Part shown: positions 44,787 through 54,851 of the stretch, piece by piece | Numbering within the stretch: position 1 is the stretch's first letter | Layout: every line of letters begins with the position of its first letter | Source of the DNA: Candidatus Sulfomarinibacteraceae bacterium | GTDB lineage: Bacteria; Acidobacteriota; Thermoanaerobaculia; Thermoanaerobaculales; Sulfomarinibacteraceae | Length of the DNA: 64,000 nt | Reading direction: 5' to 3' | Assembly (NCBI GenBank): GCA_963796455.1 | Contig: CAWCLO010000001.1 | Span: forward strand, 480,001-544,000 | Position numbers and translations under genes: made by a program | The notes under the pieces: generated by a model | Databases searched by the model: none | Seen by the model: the letters and a program-made list of their open reading frames with translations, nothing else | Told to the model about the DNA's origin: nothing

Positions 44787-44900
44787 GAGTTCGGAGTGTT
44801 GAGTTCGGAGTTCGGAGTTTTTACCCAGAGCCACTTCAATCGCATTGACCATCCGGACGGGTGGGTGGCATTCCGAACTCCGAATTCCGAATTCCGAACT
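44787..44900. repeat. Inverted heptamer arrays (GAGTTCG)n ... (TCCGAAY)n between convergent genes
   Basis: GAGTTCG GAGTGTT GAGTTCG GAGTTCG GAGTT ... ATTCCGA ACTCCGA ATTCCGA ATTCCGA ACT. Confidence 0.88.
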
Positions 44901-44905
44901 TTGCC

Positions 44906-45907
44906 CTATAGCTCTGACTCGACCTTGAGCTGGCGGGTCATCAGTTCGCGGAGGGCGGTCTGTGGATCGACATCCCCCGCCAACAGCCTGGTCATGGCAT
45001 CGGTGATCGGCATATCAACACCGTGGTCATGGGCCAGTCGTGCTGCTGCCGGTGTCGTACGGACACCCTCCACCACTTCTCTCTGGGAACCGAGGATTGT
45101 GTCGAGATCTTCACCCCGACCGAGACGCTGTCCGAGAGTCCTGTTTCTCGACAGACCACCCGTACAGGTCAAAACCAGATCACCCATCCCCGCGAGCCCG
45201 CGGAATGTTTCGGCCTCGGCGCCCAACGCGACTCCGAGCCGGGTGATCTCGTGCAGCCCTCTCGTCATCAAGGCGGCCTGAGTGTTCGAACCCAGACCGA
45301 GCCCATCGACGATGCCGGCGGCGATGGCGATGACGTTCTTGAGGGCCCCGGCCAATTCCACCCCCACCAGGTCCGCTCCCGCATAGCACCTCAGATAATG
45401 ATCCGAGAACTCTTCCTGAAGACGGGCCGCGAGATCGAGGTCCGGGCAGGCCAGGACCGCCGCCGATGGATCGCCACGGATCACCTCGCGGGCAAAAGTG
45501 GGACCTGAAATGCAGCCGAAGCGTTCTTTTTCAAGACCCAACACTTCGTGGGCCATTTCATCCATTCGGCGAAGTGTCGCAGTCTCGATCCCCTTCGAGG
45601 CCGAGATCACCGCCTTGACCTTTGCGACCTCCGGTCTCAGGTCTTCCATCACCGATCGGCTGAACTGAACCGGCACGACCCACACCCAGATCTCCGAGTG
45701 ACGCGCGGCCGCCACCAGATCATCTGTGGCCGTGATGCCCTGATGGAGTTCGAGATCGGAAATAAAGAGCGGATTGAAATGATCGCGGTTGATGCCGTCG
45801 GCCACCTCCTGCTCGCGCGCCCACAGCATGACTTCGTGGCCACGACGGGCCAGCTGATGGGCCATCGCAGTGCCCCAGGATCCGCCTCCAAAAACGCTCA
45901 GCTTCAC
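44906..45907 (-). CDS. gpsA: NAD(P)H-dependent glycerol-3-phosphate dehydrogenase
   Basis: GGGSWGTA, SKGIE, GALKNVIAIAAG and GDLVLTC..LSRN. Confidence 0.97.
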   Translation of the reverse strand: MKLSVFGGGSWGTAMAHQLARRGHEVMLWAREQEVADGINRDHFNPLFISDLELHQGITATDDLVAAARHSEIWVWVVPVQFSRSVMEDLRPEVAKVKAVISASKGIETATLRRMDEMAHEVLGLEKERFGCISGPTFAREVIRGDPSAAVLACPDLDLAARLQEEFSDHYLRCYAGADLVGVELAGALKNVIAIAAGIVDGLGLGSNTQAALMTRGLHEITRLGVALGAEAETFRGLAGMGDLVLTCTGGLSRNRTLGQRLGRGEDLDTILGSQREVVEGVRTTPAAARLAHDHGVDMPITDAMTRLLAGDVDPQTALRELMTRQLKVESEL

Positions 45908-45910
45908 CTT

Positions 45911-46513
45911 CTACCTCCATCCGTCATCATCGATTTTGACCTCCTCGCCAGCCAGCATCCTGCGGATATTCGAACTGTGGCGAAAAATGATCAGAATCGA
46001 TGCCGCACTGACCGAGACCAGGGTCACGATGTCAGGGTCGTCAATCAATTTGAGCACCAGCGGAAAACTCGCGCTGGCCATCATCGATGCCAGGGCCACC
46101 CAGCGCCAGATCAGGAGCACCAGGATCCAGAGCCCAAAGGCCGCCAACGTGCTGAGCGGAGCGATCACGAGAAAAGCCCCTATCCCCGTAGCCACACCCT
46201 TGCCACCCCGGAACTTGAGCCAGACGGGATAGCAGTGCCCGATCACCACAGCCAGCATGGCAGCCGACACCCAGGCGCTCGACGGGTTGTAGCGCTGCAT
46301 CAACCAGACCGGGATCGCTCCCTTTGCGATATCGACCAGGGTCACCGCCGCACCAACCCTCCACCCCGCCGCCCGAAGCGCGTTGGTGCCGCCGACGTTG
46401 CCCGAACCGGTCTCACGGACATCTCCGCCGGTCACCGCGCGGACCACGAGCAGGGCCGTGGGCAGCGAGCCCATGAGATATGCCAGGGCGACGATCAGCA
46501 ACTCGTAACTCAC
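45911..46513 (-). CDS. plsY: Acyl-phosphate:glycerol-3-phosphate acyltransferase
   Basis: GSGNVGGTN, FRGGKGVAT and RHSSNIRR. Confidence 0.96.
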   Translation of the reverse strand: MSYELLIVALAYLMGSLPTALLVVRAVTGGDVRETGSGNVGGTNALRAAGWRVGAAVTLVDIAKGAIPVWLMQRYNPSSAWVSAAMLAVVIGHCYPVWLKFRGGKGVATGIGAFLVIAPLSTLAAFGLWILVLLIWRWVALASMMASASFPLVLKLIDDPDIVTLVSVSAASILIIFRHSSNIRRMLAGEEVKIDDDGWR

Positions 46514-47079
46514 GTGAGGGGATACCTTTCAAGCGCAGTGTACACCGCGCCACCCGGCTGGAGATCGCTTTCAAAGAGCACGACCTCCGTGCACGTGAAT
46601 GGCGGTGGATCGATGGCCTCGCCCCATTCGATGAATTCTTCGACCGATGATCTGGGCCACGACTGCCGCAACCTCGCCAGGGTCAGGTGCAGGGACCAGG
46701 GTCTCCGTTCGCGTCGGATACCGATGGCTGCGGCCGCATTTTCGACGGCCGCAACGACCCCGTCAACGCCATCAGCGGTCCCTCCCAACCACGCCACCCG
46801 AGGCCGGGACTTTGTCGGGAAAAAACCGGCGCCACCAATTCGCACAAAAACCGGTCCGTGGCCGCACAATGAAGGACCGAGTTCCTCAGTGAGACCGTCT
46901 AGCAACCCACGATCGACATCACCGAGGAATTTGAGCGTCAGATGCCATGCCTCAGGTCGAGTCCATCGCGCCTTCGGCATTTCGGTCCGGATGCGATTTC
47001 GGCGTTGAACGAGAGATTCTCTGATTTCCTCGGGAAGCTCGAGTGCGAGAAAGGCGCGAACGGATCCCCGTTCATTCAT
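46510..47079 (-). CDS. thpR: RNA 2',3'-cyclic phosphodiesterase (2H family)
   Basis: Two HLTL motifs. Confidence 0.92.
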   Translation of the reverse strand: MNERGSVRAFLALELPEEIRESLVQRRNRIRTEMPKARWTRPEAWHLTLKFLGDVDRGLLDGLTEELGPSLCGHGPVFVRIGGAGFFPTKSRPRVAWLGGTADGVDGVVAAVENAAAAIGIRRERRPWSLHLTLARLRQSWPRSSVEEFIEWGEAIDPPPFTCTEVVLFESDLQPGGAVYTALERYPLT

Positions 47080-47086
47080 TTCCGAA

Positions 47087-48334
47087 TCAGCTCAGCAACC
47101 GACGGCGCAGGAGATCGAGGGCTGCATTGACACTCCATTCCCTGACAATCCTGCGGTCGCCGGGGAACACGCGGTGCGCCGCCGAAGTCCCATCCGGTCC
47201 GGCAACCGCCCAGTGGACCAGACCCACCGGTTTCTCGTCGCTGCCGCCGGTCGGGCCCGCGATGCCCGTGATCCCGACCCCCCAGCTACTGGAAAAACGT
47301 TCACGAACACCTTCGGCCATGGCTCTCGCCACAGGTTCCGAAACGGCGCCGTGTTCGACGAGCAGATCCCGCTGTACATCGATAATGCTTTCTTTTGCCT
47401 GATTGGAGTAGGTCACGGCGCCGCCAGAAAAAACATCCGACGCCCCCGCGATATCGGTCAGCCTGGCGCTCATCAAGCCTCCGGTGCACGACTCGGCGAC
47501 GGAGAGTGTTTCGCCCCGATCTCGAAGCCGTTCCAGAACCACCTCCGGCAGGCCATCGACGTCTGCGCCCGCCACATCGTCTCCGAGGTTTTCACGAAAA
47601 GCGACATCCATGGTGTCCACCCTGCGCCTCGCGGCAATCTCGTCTCCCTCCGCGGAGAGCACGAAGCGCACAACTCCGTAGGAGGCGAGGATGGTGATGT
47701 TTTCGCGCCCGAAACGTTCATAAAGGTGGAGGATCTTCTGCTCGGTGTCGGATTCGACCACCCCGCCCAAAAGCAGGGTACGGCTGATTCTGGCGCTACC
47801 CAGCCCCCACAAAGCGACCTCGGGCGCCAGGTCACGATCAAGCATCTCCTCCATCTCCCACGGCACGCCCGGAAACGCGGCCAGGATCTTCCCCCGGGTT
47901 TCCACCATGATGCCGGGTGCCGAACCTCGCTCGTTCTTCAACGGACGCGAACCGGCCACGACCCGAGCCATGGTCTTGCAGACTTCCGGCATGGGTCTGC
48001 CGAGGAAGGCATAACGATCACGAATCTGCCGTTCGACTTCGGCGTTTGCTTCGATGCTCCGACCGAGGGCGAGTGCAACCCCATCGCGGGTCACATCGTC
48101 TGCGGTCGGCCCCAATCCACCGGTTACGACCACAAGGTCGTGACGAGCCATCAATTCACGGATCGCCACGGCCACGTCATCTACCACATCGCCGACAACC
48201 CTTTTTTCATCGACCACGATGCCGTGGCGGGCAAGAACCCGGGTGACGGTCAAAGAGTTTGAATCGAGACGACGCTCACCCAACAGTTCTGATCCCACAG
48301 CAAGGCAGGCGGCGCTCCGGCGTTCAAGGGTCAT
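47087..48334 (-). CDS. cinA: CinA family competence/damage-inducible protein (MoCF-like + NMN deamidase)
   Basis: GGLGPTADDVT, AESCTGG and TGIAGP. Confidence 0.95.
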   Translation of the reverse strand: MTLERRSAACLAVGSELLGERRLDSNSLTVTRVLARHGIVVDEKRVVGDVVDDVAVAIRELMARHDLVVVTGGLGPTADDVTRDGVALALGRSIEANAEVERQIRDRYAFLGRPMPEVCKTMARVVAGSRPLKNERGSAPGIMVETRGKILAAFPGVPWEMEEMLDRDLAPEVALWGLGSARISRTLLLGGVVESDTEQKILHLYERFGRENITILASYGVVRFVLSAEGDEIAARRRVDTMDVAFRENLGDDVAGADVDGLPEVVLERLRDRGETLSVAESCTGGLMSARLTDIAGASDVFSGGAVTYSNQAKESIIDVQRDLLVEHGAVSEPVARAMAEGVRERFSSSWGVGITGIAGPTGGSDEKPVGLVHWAVAGPDGTSAAHRVFPGDRRIVREWSVNAALDLLRRRLLS

Positions 48335-48539
48335 GAGTCCTCCAGGGAACACGATACTCGATACTCGATCGTTGATCATCGCATTCTGATTGCCGCTAGG
48401 ATACCGCGACGAACTTCAATGGACGGCCGGTCAATCGAGGATCGACAACCCAGCATCGAGTTTCGGGCGGACAAATAAGATTTCGGGTAGAATCTCCCCG
48501 CCGCATTGCGGCGATCAACCGCTTTCCAGGAGGCATTAC

Positions 48540-49916
48540 ATGTCGACAATCACCCGCACTATTTCCGATTTTGCGGTCGCCGTTCGCTACGAGGACCTGC
48601 CGCCAGAGGTCGTTCGCGAGGCGAAAAGATTTCTGATGGACTCGGTGGGCTGCGCCCTCGGCGGCGCCCAGCAACACGATGTCCACCTCGCGCGAGAAGT
48701 GCTTACCGAAACCGCCGGCGCCGGGCCCTGCCGGGTTCTGGTCACCGGTGAGCGGTGGGACCCGCTTTCAGCATCGTTGCTCAACGCGCTGATGATCCGG
48801 GTGATGGATTACAACGATATTTACTGGATGCAGGATCCCTCGCACCCCTCGGATCTGATCCCCGCCGCCATGGCCCTGGCCGAGAGAACCGGGAGTTCCG
48901 GACGGGACCTGCTGGTCGGAATCGCTCTCGCATACGAGTTCGAACAACGCCTGTGTGAAGTCTCCTACCCCGGTGTCCGGGAAATCGGCTGGCACCACGC
49001 CACCCTGACCGCAGCGGCCGCGCCTATTGCCGCCGGAAAGATGCTCGGCCTCGATGCCGAACAGATGCAGCACGCCATCGGTATTTCGGCGTCCCGTCAC
49101 TGCACACCGGGTTCGGTCACGGCCGGCAAGCTGACAATGATGAAAAACACCGTCGATCCCCTGGCCACCCAGAGCGGTGTGCTCGCGGCACTGCTCGCCG
49201 AACGCGGATACACCGGGCCCGAGCATGTGCTCGATGGCAAGGAAGGCTTCAGCCATGTCTTCGACAGCGAGTGGAAGTTCAATATATTGACCGACGGTCT
49301 GGGAGAAAGCTGGCGGATCATGAAATGTGGCATGAAGTTCTTCCCCACCGAAGCACTGACCCATGCGCCGATCTCCGCCACCCTCGATCTCGTGATCGAC
49401 AACGACCTGGCGCCGGATGAGGTGGAGCAGGTCACCATCTACTCGCTCGCACGCGCCGCGGACATCCTCGCGGATCCGTCGAAATATGATCCCCGCAGCA
49501 AGGAGACCGCCGACCACTCACTTCCCTATGTGATTGCCGCCGCGGTCGCCGAGCGTCAGGTGACGCCGGTGCAATTCACCGATGCCAAAATCATGGATCC
49601 GACGATTCGGGCCCAACTCAACAAGGTGAAGGTCATCGCCGATCCCGAGATCGAAGCGGTCTTCCCCGAGTTGCAACGGGTCCGGGTGGTCGTCACCACC
49701 ACCGACGGACGGGAGTTCTCGAAAGAACTCGATTATCCGAAGGGCGATCCCCGCAACCCACTCAGCGACGACGAGATCTCCGGAAAATTCTCGGCCCTGG
49801 CAGAGGGCATTGCGACGCCCGAAGATGTGGAGCGGATGCGGGCGGCCGTCAATCGCACCGAAGAGTTCGACAATGTCCGCGAACTGATGGGCGACCTTGT
49901 TGTTGAGAACCGGTAG
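48540..49916 (+). CDS. prpD: MmgE/PrpD family dehydratase
   Basis: R.MDYND, SHPSD, GWHH, ADHSLPY and KGDPRNP. Confidence 0.85.
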   Translation: MSTITRTISDFAVAVRYEDLPPEVVREAKRFLMDSVGCALGGAQQHDVHLAREVLTETAGAGPCRVLVTGERWDPLSASLLNALMIRVMDYNDIYWMQDPSHPSDLIPAAMALAERTGSSGRDLLVGIALAYEFEQRLCEVSYPGVREIGWHHATLTAAAAPIAAGKMLGLDAEQMQHAIGISASRHCTPGSVTAGKLTMMKNTVDPLATQSGVLAALLAERGYTGPEHVLDGKEGFSHVFDSEWKFNILTDGLGESWRIMKCGMKFFPTEALTHAPISATLDLVIDNDLAPDEVEQVTIYSLARAADILADPSKYDPRSKETADHSLPYVIAAAVAERQVTPVQFTDAKIMDPTIRAQLNKVKVIADPEIEAVFPELQRVRVVVTTTDGREFSKELDYPKGDPRNPLSDDEISGKFSALAEGIATPEDVERMRAAVNRTEEFDNVRELMGDLVVENR

Positions 49917-50052
49917 TTCGGATTTCGGAATGACCGGTACCGGAGAACAGGGTCTCCCCTGGAGGGGCCTGGCATCCCGGCATGATGTTGTTTTCAACTT
50001 CGTGCCGACGTGCCCGGCATCCTCTCGAGAAGCGCGCTGACGGGAGGAAAAA

Positions 50053-51996
50053 ATGGCACAGACAATTACCGAAAAAGTCGTCCAGGCGCACGCCGAAGGA
50101 TTGGATGCCGGCCACGAGGTACTGGCCGGAGACATGGTCACCGTCAGGCCATTCCACGTCATGACCCATGACAACACCGGCGCCGTGATGCCGAAGTTCC
50201 GCACCATCGGCGCCCATCAGGTCGCCGATCCGACGCAGCCGGTCTTTACTCTCGACCACAATGTTCAGGACACCTCCGAGGAGAACCTGGCGAAATATCG
50301 GCGCATCGAAGACTTCGCCAACGAGCAGGGAATCGAGTTCTTTCCCGCCGGAGCGGGAATCGGCCACCAATTGATGGTGGAACAGGGGTTCGTCCATCCC
50401 GGAACTCTGGTCGTGGCCTCGGACTCCCACTCGAATATGTATGGCGCCATGGCCGCCGTTGGAACACCCGTGGTACGGACCGATGCGGCCGCTCTGTGGG
50501 CCGGTGCGGTTACCTGGTGGTTGGTGCCGCGGACGGTCAAGGTCACGCTCGTAGGCGAACTGCGACCCGGGGTCTCCGGCAAGGACGTCATCATCACCCT
50601 CTGCGGTCTCTACAACTCCGGCGAGGTCCTCAACGCAGCAATCGAGTTTCACGGACCGGGCGTGGCGGGACTGTCGATGTCGGAGCGACTCACCATTTCC
50701 AACATGACTACCGAATGGGGGGCCCTCGTCGGTTGGTTCGGTTTCGACGAAATCACGGCTGAGTACCTTCGCGACCGATCCGCGGCGCTGAAGATAAAGG
50801 GAGTCGGCGATCGGCTCACTGAAGAGATGATCTCCCACTGGGAGGAAAACCCGCCGGCACCCGACCCCGATGCCTCCTACGCCGCAACGATCACGCTCGA
50901 CCTCGGATCCGTATCACCTCATGTTTCGGGCCCCGACACGGTCGCGGTCATGCACTCCGTCGCCGAATTGGCCGAGAAAAAACTCAAGGTGGACAAGGCC
51001 TATCTGCTTTCCTGCACCAATGCGCGCTACGACGACCTCGTCGAAGCGGCCGCTGTTCTGCGCGGGAAAAGGGTCGCCGATCACGTGGAGCTCTACGTCG
51101 CGGCCGCCTCCGCTACCGTCCAGGCCGCCGCCGAGGAAGACGGCACCTGGGCCGACCTGCTCGAAGCCGGGGCTCGATCGCTGCCACCGGGGTGCGGCGC
51201 ATGCATCGGTCTCGGTATCGGTCTCCTGGAGGATGGCGAAGTCGGGATCTCGGCCACCAACCGCAACTTCAAGGGACGGATGGGGTCGCGGGATGCCAAA
51301 GCCTATCTCGCCAGCCCCGCGGTCGTCGCGGCCTCGGCGATCTCGGGCTTCATCACCGGACCTGAGGATCTCGGGTCTTCGGTTCCGGACTACGCATTCG
51401 AGGATCTCGGTTGGAAGCCGACCGAACGCGAAGTGGCGATCCGCGAAGGATTCCCGGGTTCGCTCGCCGGCAGGGCACTGCTCATGCCGGTAGACAGCCT
51501 CAACACCGACGGCATCTACGGCAAGGACGTCACCTATCGCGACGATCTCACGCCGGAGCAGATGGCGGGCCACGCGATGGCCAACTACGATCCCGATTTC
51601 CAGAACATCGCAGCCGAAGGAGACATCATCGTCGCCGGCCGCAACTTCGGATCCGGTTCGTCGCGCGAGCAGGCGGCAACCGCCCTCAAATTCCGGGGCA
51701 TTCAGATGGTGATCGCTGCCTCCTTTTCGCAGACCTATCTCCGCAACGCCTTCAACAACGCCTTCATTTGTTTGCAGAGCGAGGCACTTTCGGAGGCCAT
51801 CCGGAAGGCGTATGAGGACGAGGCCGCAGCGGGCGCACGCTCAATTCCGGCCGGCGATCTCAGCATCGATTTCCGGAACGCCACCGCCTCCTGGCGAGGC
51901 GAGACTTTTGCACTCTCACCGGTCGGCCCGGCAGCGCAGGAACTGGTCCTCGCCGGCGGTCTCGAAGCCCTCACGAGAAAACGCCTCGGGCTCTGA
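50053..51996 (+). CDS. lysF: Single-chain homoaconitase-like (Lys4/LysF type) aconitase-family hydratase
   Basis: THDN, GIGHQ, DSHSNMYG, TWW.VP, SGKDVII.LCG, SCTN, CGACIG; fused swivel domain with NTDGIY and NFGSGSSREQA. Confidence 0.75.
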   Translation: MAQTITEKVVQAHAEGLDAGHEVLAGDMVTVRPFHVMTHDNTGAVMPKFRTIGAHQVADPTQPVFTLDHNVQDTSEENLAKYRRIEDFANEQGIEFFPAGAGIGHQLMVEQGFVHPGTLVVASDSHSNMYGAMAAVGTPVVRTDAAALWAGAVTWWLVPRTVKVTLVGELRPGVSGKDVIITLCGLYNSGEVLNAAIEFHGPGVAGLSMSERLTISNMTTEWGALVGWFGFDEITAEYLRDRSAALKIKGVGDRLTEEMISHWEENPPAPDPDASYAATITLDLGSVSPHVSGPDTVAVMHSVAELAEKKLKVDKAYLLSCTNARYDDLVEAAAVLRGKRVADHVELYVAAASATVQAAAEEDGTWADLLEAGARSLPPGCGACIGLGIGLLEDGEVGISATNRNFKGRMGSRDAKAYLASPAVVAASAISGFITGPEDLGSSVPDYAFEDLGWKPTEREVAIREGFPGSLAGRALLMPVDSLNTDGIYGKDVTYRDDLTPEQMAGHAMANYDPDFQNIAAEGDIIVAGRNFGSGSSREQAATALKFRGIQMVIAASFSQTYLRNAFNNAFICLQSEALSEAIRKAYEDEAAAGARSIPAGDLSIDFRNATASWRGETFALSPVGPAAQELVLAGGLEALTRKRLGL

Positions 51997-52023
51997 TTGG
52001 TTGAGGAATTCGAGGGTCGGAGC

Positions 52024-52428
52024 CACTCTTGTCCGAGACAGGTTCTCGGCTACCGTTCAGGGACGGCGACAGCGATCAGCGTCAGAGACAGGGAACAGCG
52101 TTCAGTAGTCAGCGGCAGCGACCAGCGGCCGGGGCAGCTTCAGCTTCGGCGAACAAACGACCCGAAGGTGGCCACGCTGTCGCGGCACCTGATCGCTGTC
52201 CACTGATCGCTGTCCACTGACCGCTGTCCCTGATCGCTGTTCCTGATCACTGCCCCCTGTCGCTGTTCGCTGTTGCCTGTCGCTGCCGCTGCAAATCGGG
52301 CACGGACGCGGACGCGGACACGGGCACGGGCACGGGCCACCGCGAACTGGATATGCCAAAAACCAACCCGTAAACCACGTATTGTCAGATGGGCAACTCC
52401 ACATGACGATCTGTTTTGGACAACAGTG
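52024..52428. mobile_element. TIR element copy 8 (two-ended, no cargo)
   Basis: CACTCTTGTCCGA...TTGGACAACAGTG; core matches at 30 of 32 positions. Confidence 0.85.
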
Positions 52429-52477
52429 GTTCGGAGTGAGGATTGCTCGCCGAGAGCGATAGCGACTGCGACGGCCA

Positions 52478-52511
52478 ATCTGCGTTTATCTGCGTGATCT
52501 GCGTTTTCTCC
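52478..52511. repeat. 34-bp nonamer repeat copy
   Basis: ATCTGCGTTTATCTGCGTGATCTGCGTTTTCTCC, 32 of 34 identical to 5492-5525. Confidence 0.85.
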
Positions 52512-52891
52512 AGCCGGTCCGTTTTCCGGAGATGTGGCGGTATCTCAACGGTTATTGAAACAGGGTCTCATCATCAGAACCGTTTGTATTGCAGGTATTT
52601 GACGCGGTTGCTGTGTTATGCTCGCGATCGCCATTTGACGTTTGGTCAGAACAGTTCGTCTCGTCACCGATCCGGGGAAGGGGGAACGGCGTTGCGAGGG
52701 ATTTCAGTAGCTACAGACGGCACATTTGCCTGTATTGCTGGTGAACCACCATCCCCCCGGATGACCCCCCAAAAAACCCCGTACATCAACCGCGTTACTA
52801 TCGGCCCTTCAGCCCACTGGTTTGAAGGGCCGTCTTGTTTTTGCACAGGTTCAGAATCAAACAACAGGACGATTGGAGGGAGGAGATGAAC

Positions 52892-54838
52892 ATGATGTCG
52901 AAATCCAGGCTGATCCATAGGGGGCGGGGCGTTGGTGCCTTTGTTCTCGCGGCAGCTTTGATCGTGGTCTTTTCGGCACCCGCCGAAGCGATCGATCTCT
53001 CGTCGAACAAGGGCTCGTACACGCTCAATCTCGACACCACCGTTTCGTGGGGCGGACGGCTTCGGGTCGCCGATCGAGATCCGAGCATCATCAGCCCCTT
53101 CGAAGGGGGTACCGCGTGGTCGGTCAACGGCGATGATGGCAATCTCAACTTCGAAAAGAACTCTTTGGTCAGCAATTCTCTCAAGGCGACCATCGATTTC
53201 GATTTCGCAACCTCCAGGAATAACCCACACCAATTCGGTGTCTTTCTCCGCGGCAGCGGTTTCTATGATTTCGCTCTCGAACAGAATTGCTGCGAACGGA
53301 CCGAATTGACCCAGGAAGCGCTCGATTGGGCAGGGAGCCGCGTCGAACTGCTCGACGCCTTCGCGTGGTGGCAGTTCCCGCTCGGCGGTGGACGCCGCGG
53401 TGAGATCCGAGTCGGCCGCCAGGTCCTCAACTGGGGCGAGAGCACCTTCATTCAGGGTGGACTGAGTGTCATCAACTCGGTCGATCTGTCGGCCCTGCGG
53501 GTGCCGGGCTCCGAGCTCCGCGAGGCCTTCCGGCCGCAAGGAATGGTCTGGGCCTCCTTCGATCTTTCAGCCAACATCTCGGTTGAGGCCTTCTACCAAT
53601 ACGAGTGGGAAAATATCGTCGTTGATCCTCCAGGCACTTATTTTTCGACCAACGACTTCGTGGGGCTGGGAGGCGAAAGAGTCTTCCTCGCATTTGCCAG
53701 CTTCCCCGACACGGGCGAATCGCCGTTCTACATCCAGCCGCCGTCGGACTACCCCTTCATGAGTGTGCCCAGAGGCGCAACCCAAGAACCGGATGATGGC
53801 GGCCAGTACGGTCTGTCGCTGAAGTGGTTTTTGCCAAACTTTGGCGGCACCGAATTCGGTTTCTATTACATGAACCTCCATAGCCGGCTGCCGACCATCA
53901 ATGGCGTTACCGGTCCGATTTCGATCGTTCCCGGTATCCAGGCCGCGGGTGCCGCTGCAGCGCTGCAGATCTACTATTTCTTTGGCGTGCCACCGGGCGT
54001 CAGCCCTCAGGTCGACGCGGCGGCTGCCCAGGCGGCACAGGCGGCCGCAACCTCCATGTACGCCAACAGCGCGACGTGGTATACCGCCTATCCCGAAGAC
54101 ATCAAGGTCATGGGTCTGAGCTGGAACGCCCAACTCGGCACCTCGGGCATCGCCTTCCAGGGCGAAATTTCATACCGTCAGGACAACCCGCTCCAGAAGG
54201 ACGATGTCGAGGTCCTCTTTGCAGCGCTGTCGCCCATTTCCGCCGGGCTCGCGGCGACCAATCAGGTCGTTCCGGGCGGTGCCGGATTCTCGGAGACCAT
54301 CCTGGGCTACGACACATTTGACACTTCACAGCTTCAATTCACCTTTACCAAGGTATTCTCCAACTTCCTCGGCGCGGATCAGGGCGTGGTCGTTCTCGAA
54401 CCCGGATTCAACTGGGTCTTCGACATGCCGGACAAGGAAGAGCTTCGCTTCGAGGGCCCTGGGACCTATACCAGCGGCAACCCGATCCACGCACTGCCCG
54501 GCGGTGCCCACGCCGGCAAACCGGCCGAGGAACCGCAACGTTTCGCCGATGACTTTTCATGGGGCTACCGCATGGCGGGGCGCCTGACCTACAACAACGC
54601 CATCGGTGCCTGGAGCCTGGCGCCTCGCTTTGCCTGGGCCCACGATGTTCAGGGCGTCTCGCCGGCACCCGGGGGTTCCTTCATTCCGAATCGCAAGGCA
54701 TTCACGATCGGTCTCCAGGCCGGTTTCCAGAACGCCTGGCAGATCGATCTCAGTTACACCGACTACAGCGGCGCCGGCCGCTACAACCTGATCAACGACC
54801 GCGACTTTGTCGGCGCGTTCGTCAAGTTCTCGTTCTAG
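52892..54838 (+). CDS. DUF1302 family outer-membrane protein
   Basis: NGDDGNLNF, GRQVLNWGESTF, PGSELRE, DRDFV and terminal F. Confidence 0.85.
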   Translation: MMSKSRLIHRGRGVGAFVLAAALIVVFSAPAEAIDLSSNKGSYTLNLDTTVSWGGRLRVADRDPSIISPFEGGTAWSVNGDDGNLNFEKNSLVSNSLKATIDFDFATSRNNPHQFGVFLRGSGFYDFALEQNCCERTELTQEALDWAGSRVELLDAFAWWQFPLGGGRRGEIRVGRQVLNWGESTFIQGGLSVINSVDLSALRVPGSELREAFRPQGMVWASFDLSANISVEAFYQYEWENIVVDPPGTYFSTNDFVGLGGERVFLAFASFPDTGESPFYIQPPSDYPFMSVPRGATQEPDDGGQYGLSLKWFLPNFGGTEFGFYYMNLHSRLPTINGVTGPISIVPGIQAAGAAAALQIYYFFGVPPGVSPQVDAAAAQAAQAAATSMYANSATWYTAYPEDIKVMGLSWNAQLGTSGIAFQGEISYRQDNPLQKDDVEVLFAALSPISAGLAATNQVVPGGAGFSETILGYDTFDTSQLQFTFTKVFSNFLGADQGVVVLEPGFNWVFDMPDKEELRFEGPGTYTSGNPIHALPGGAHAGKPAEEPQRFADDFSWGYRMAGRLTYNNAIGAWSLAPRFAWAHDVQGVSPAPGGSFIPNRKAFTIGLQAGFQNAWQIDLSYTDYSGAGRYNLINDRDFVGAFVKFSF

Positions 54839-54851
54839 AGGGGAGGCACAT

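Noticed and set aside
45548..47008. Long antisense ORFs (486 aa here; also 56843-58240, 26592-27788, 37234-38346, 19891-20916)
   Set aside because: Shadow frames of well-supported genes in GC-rich DNA, with no recognisable motifs.
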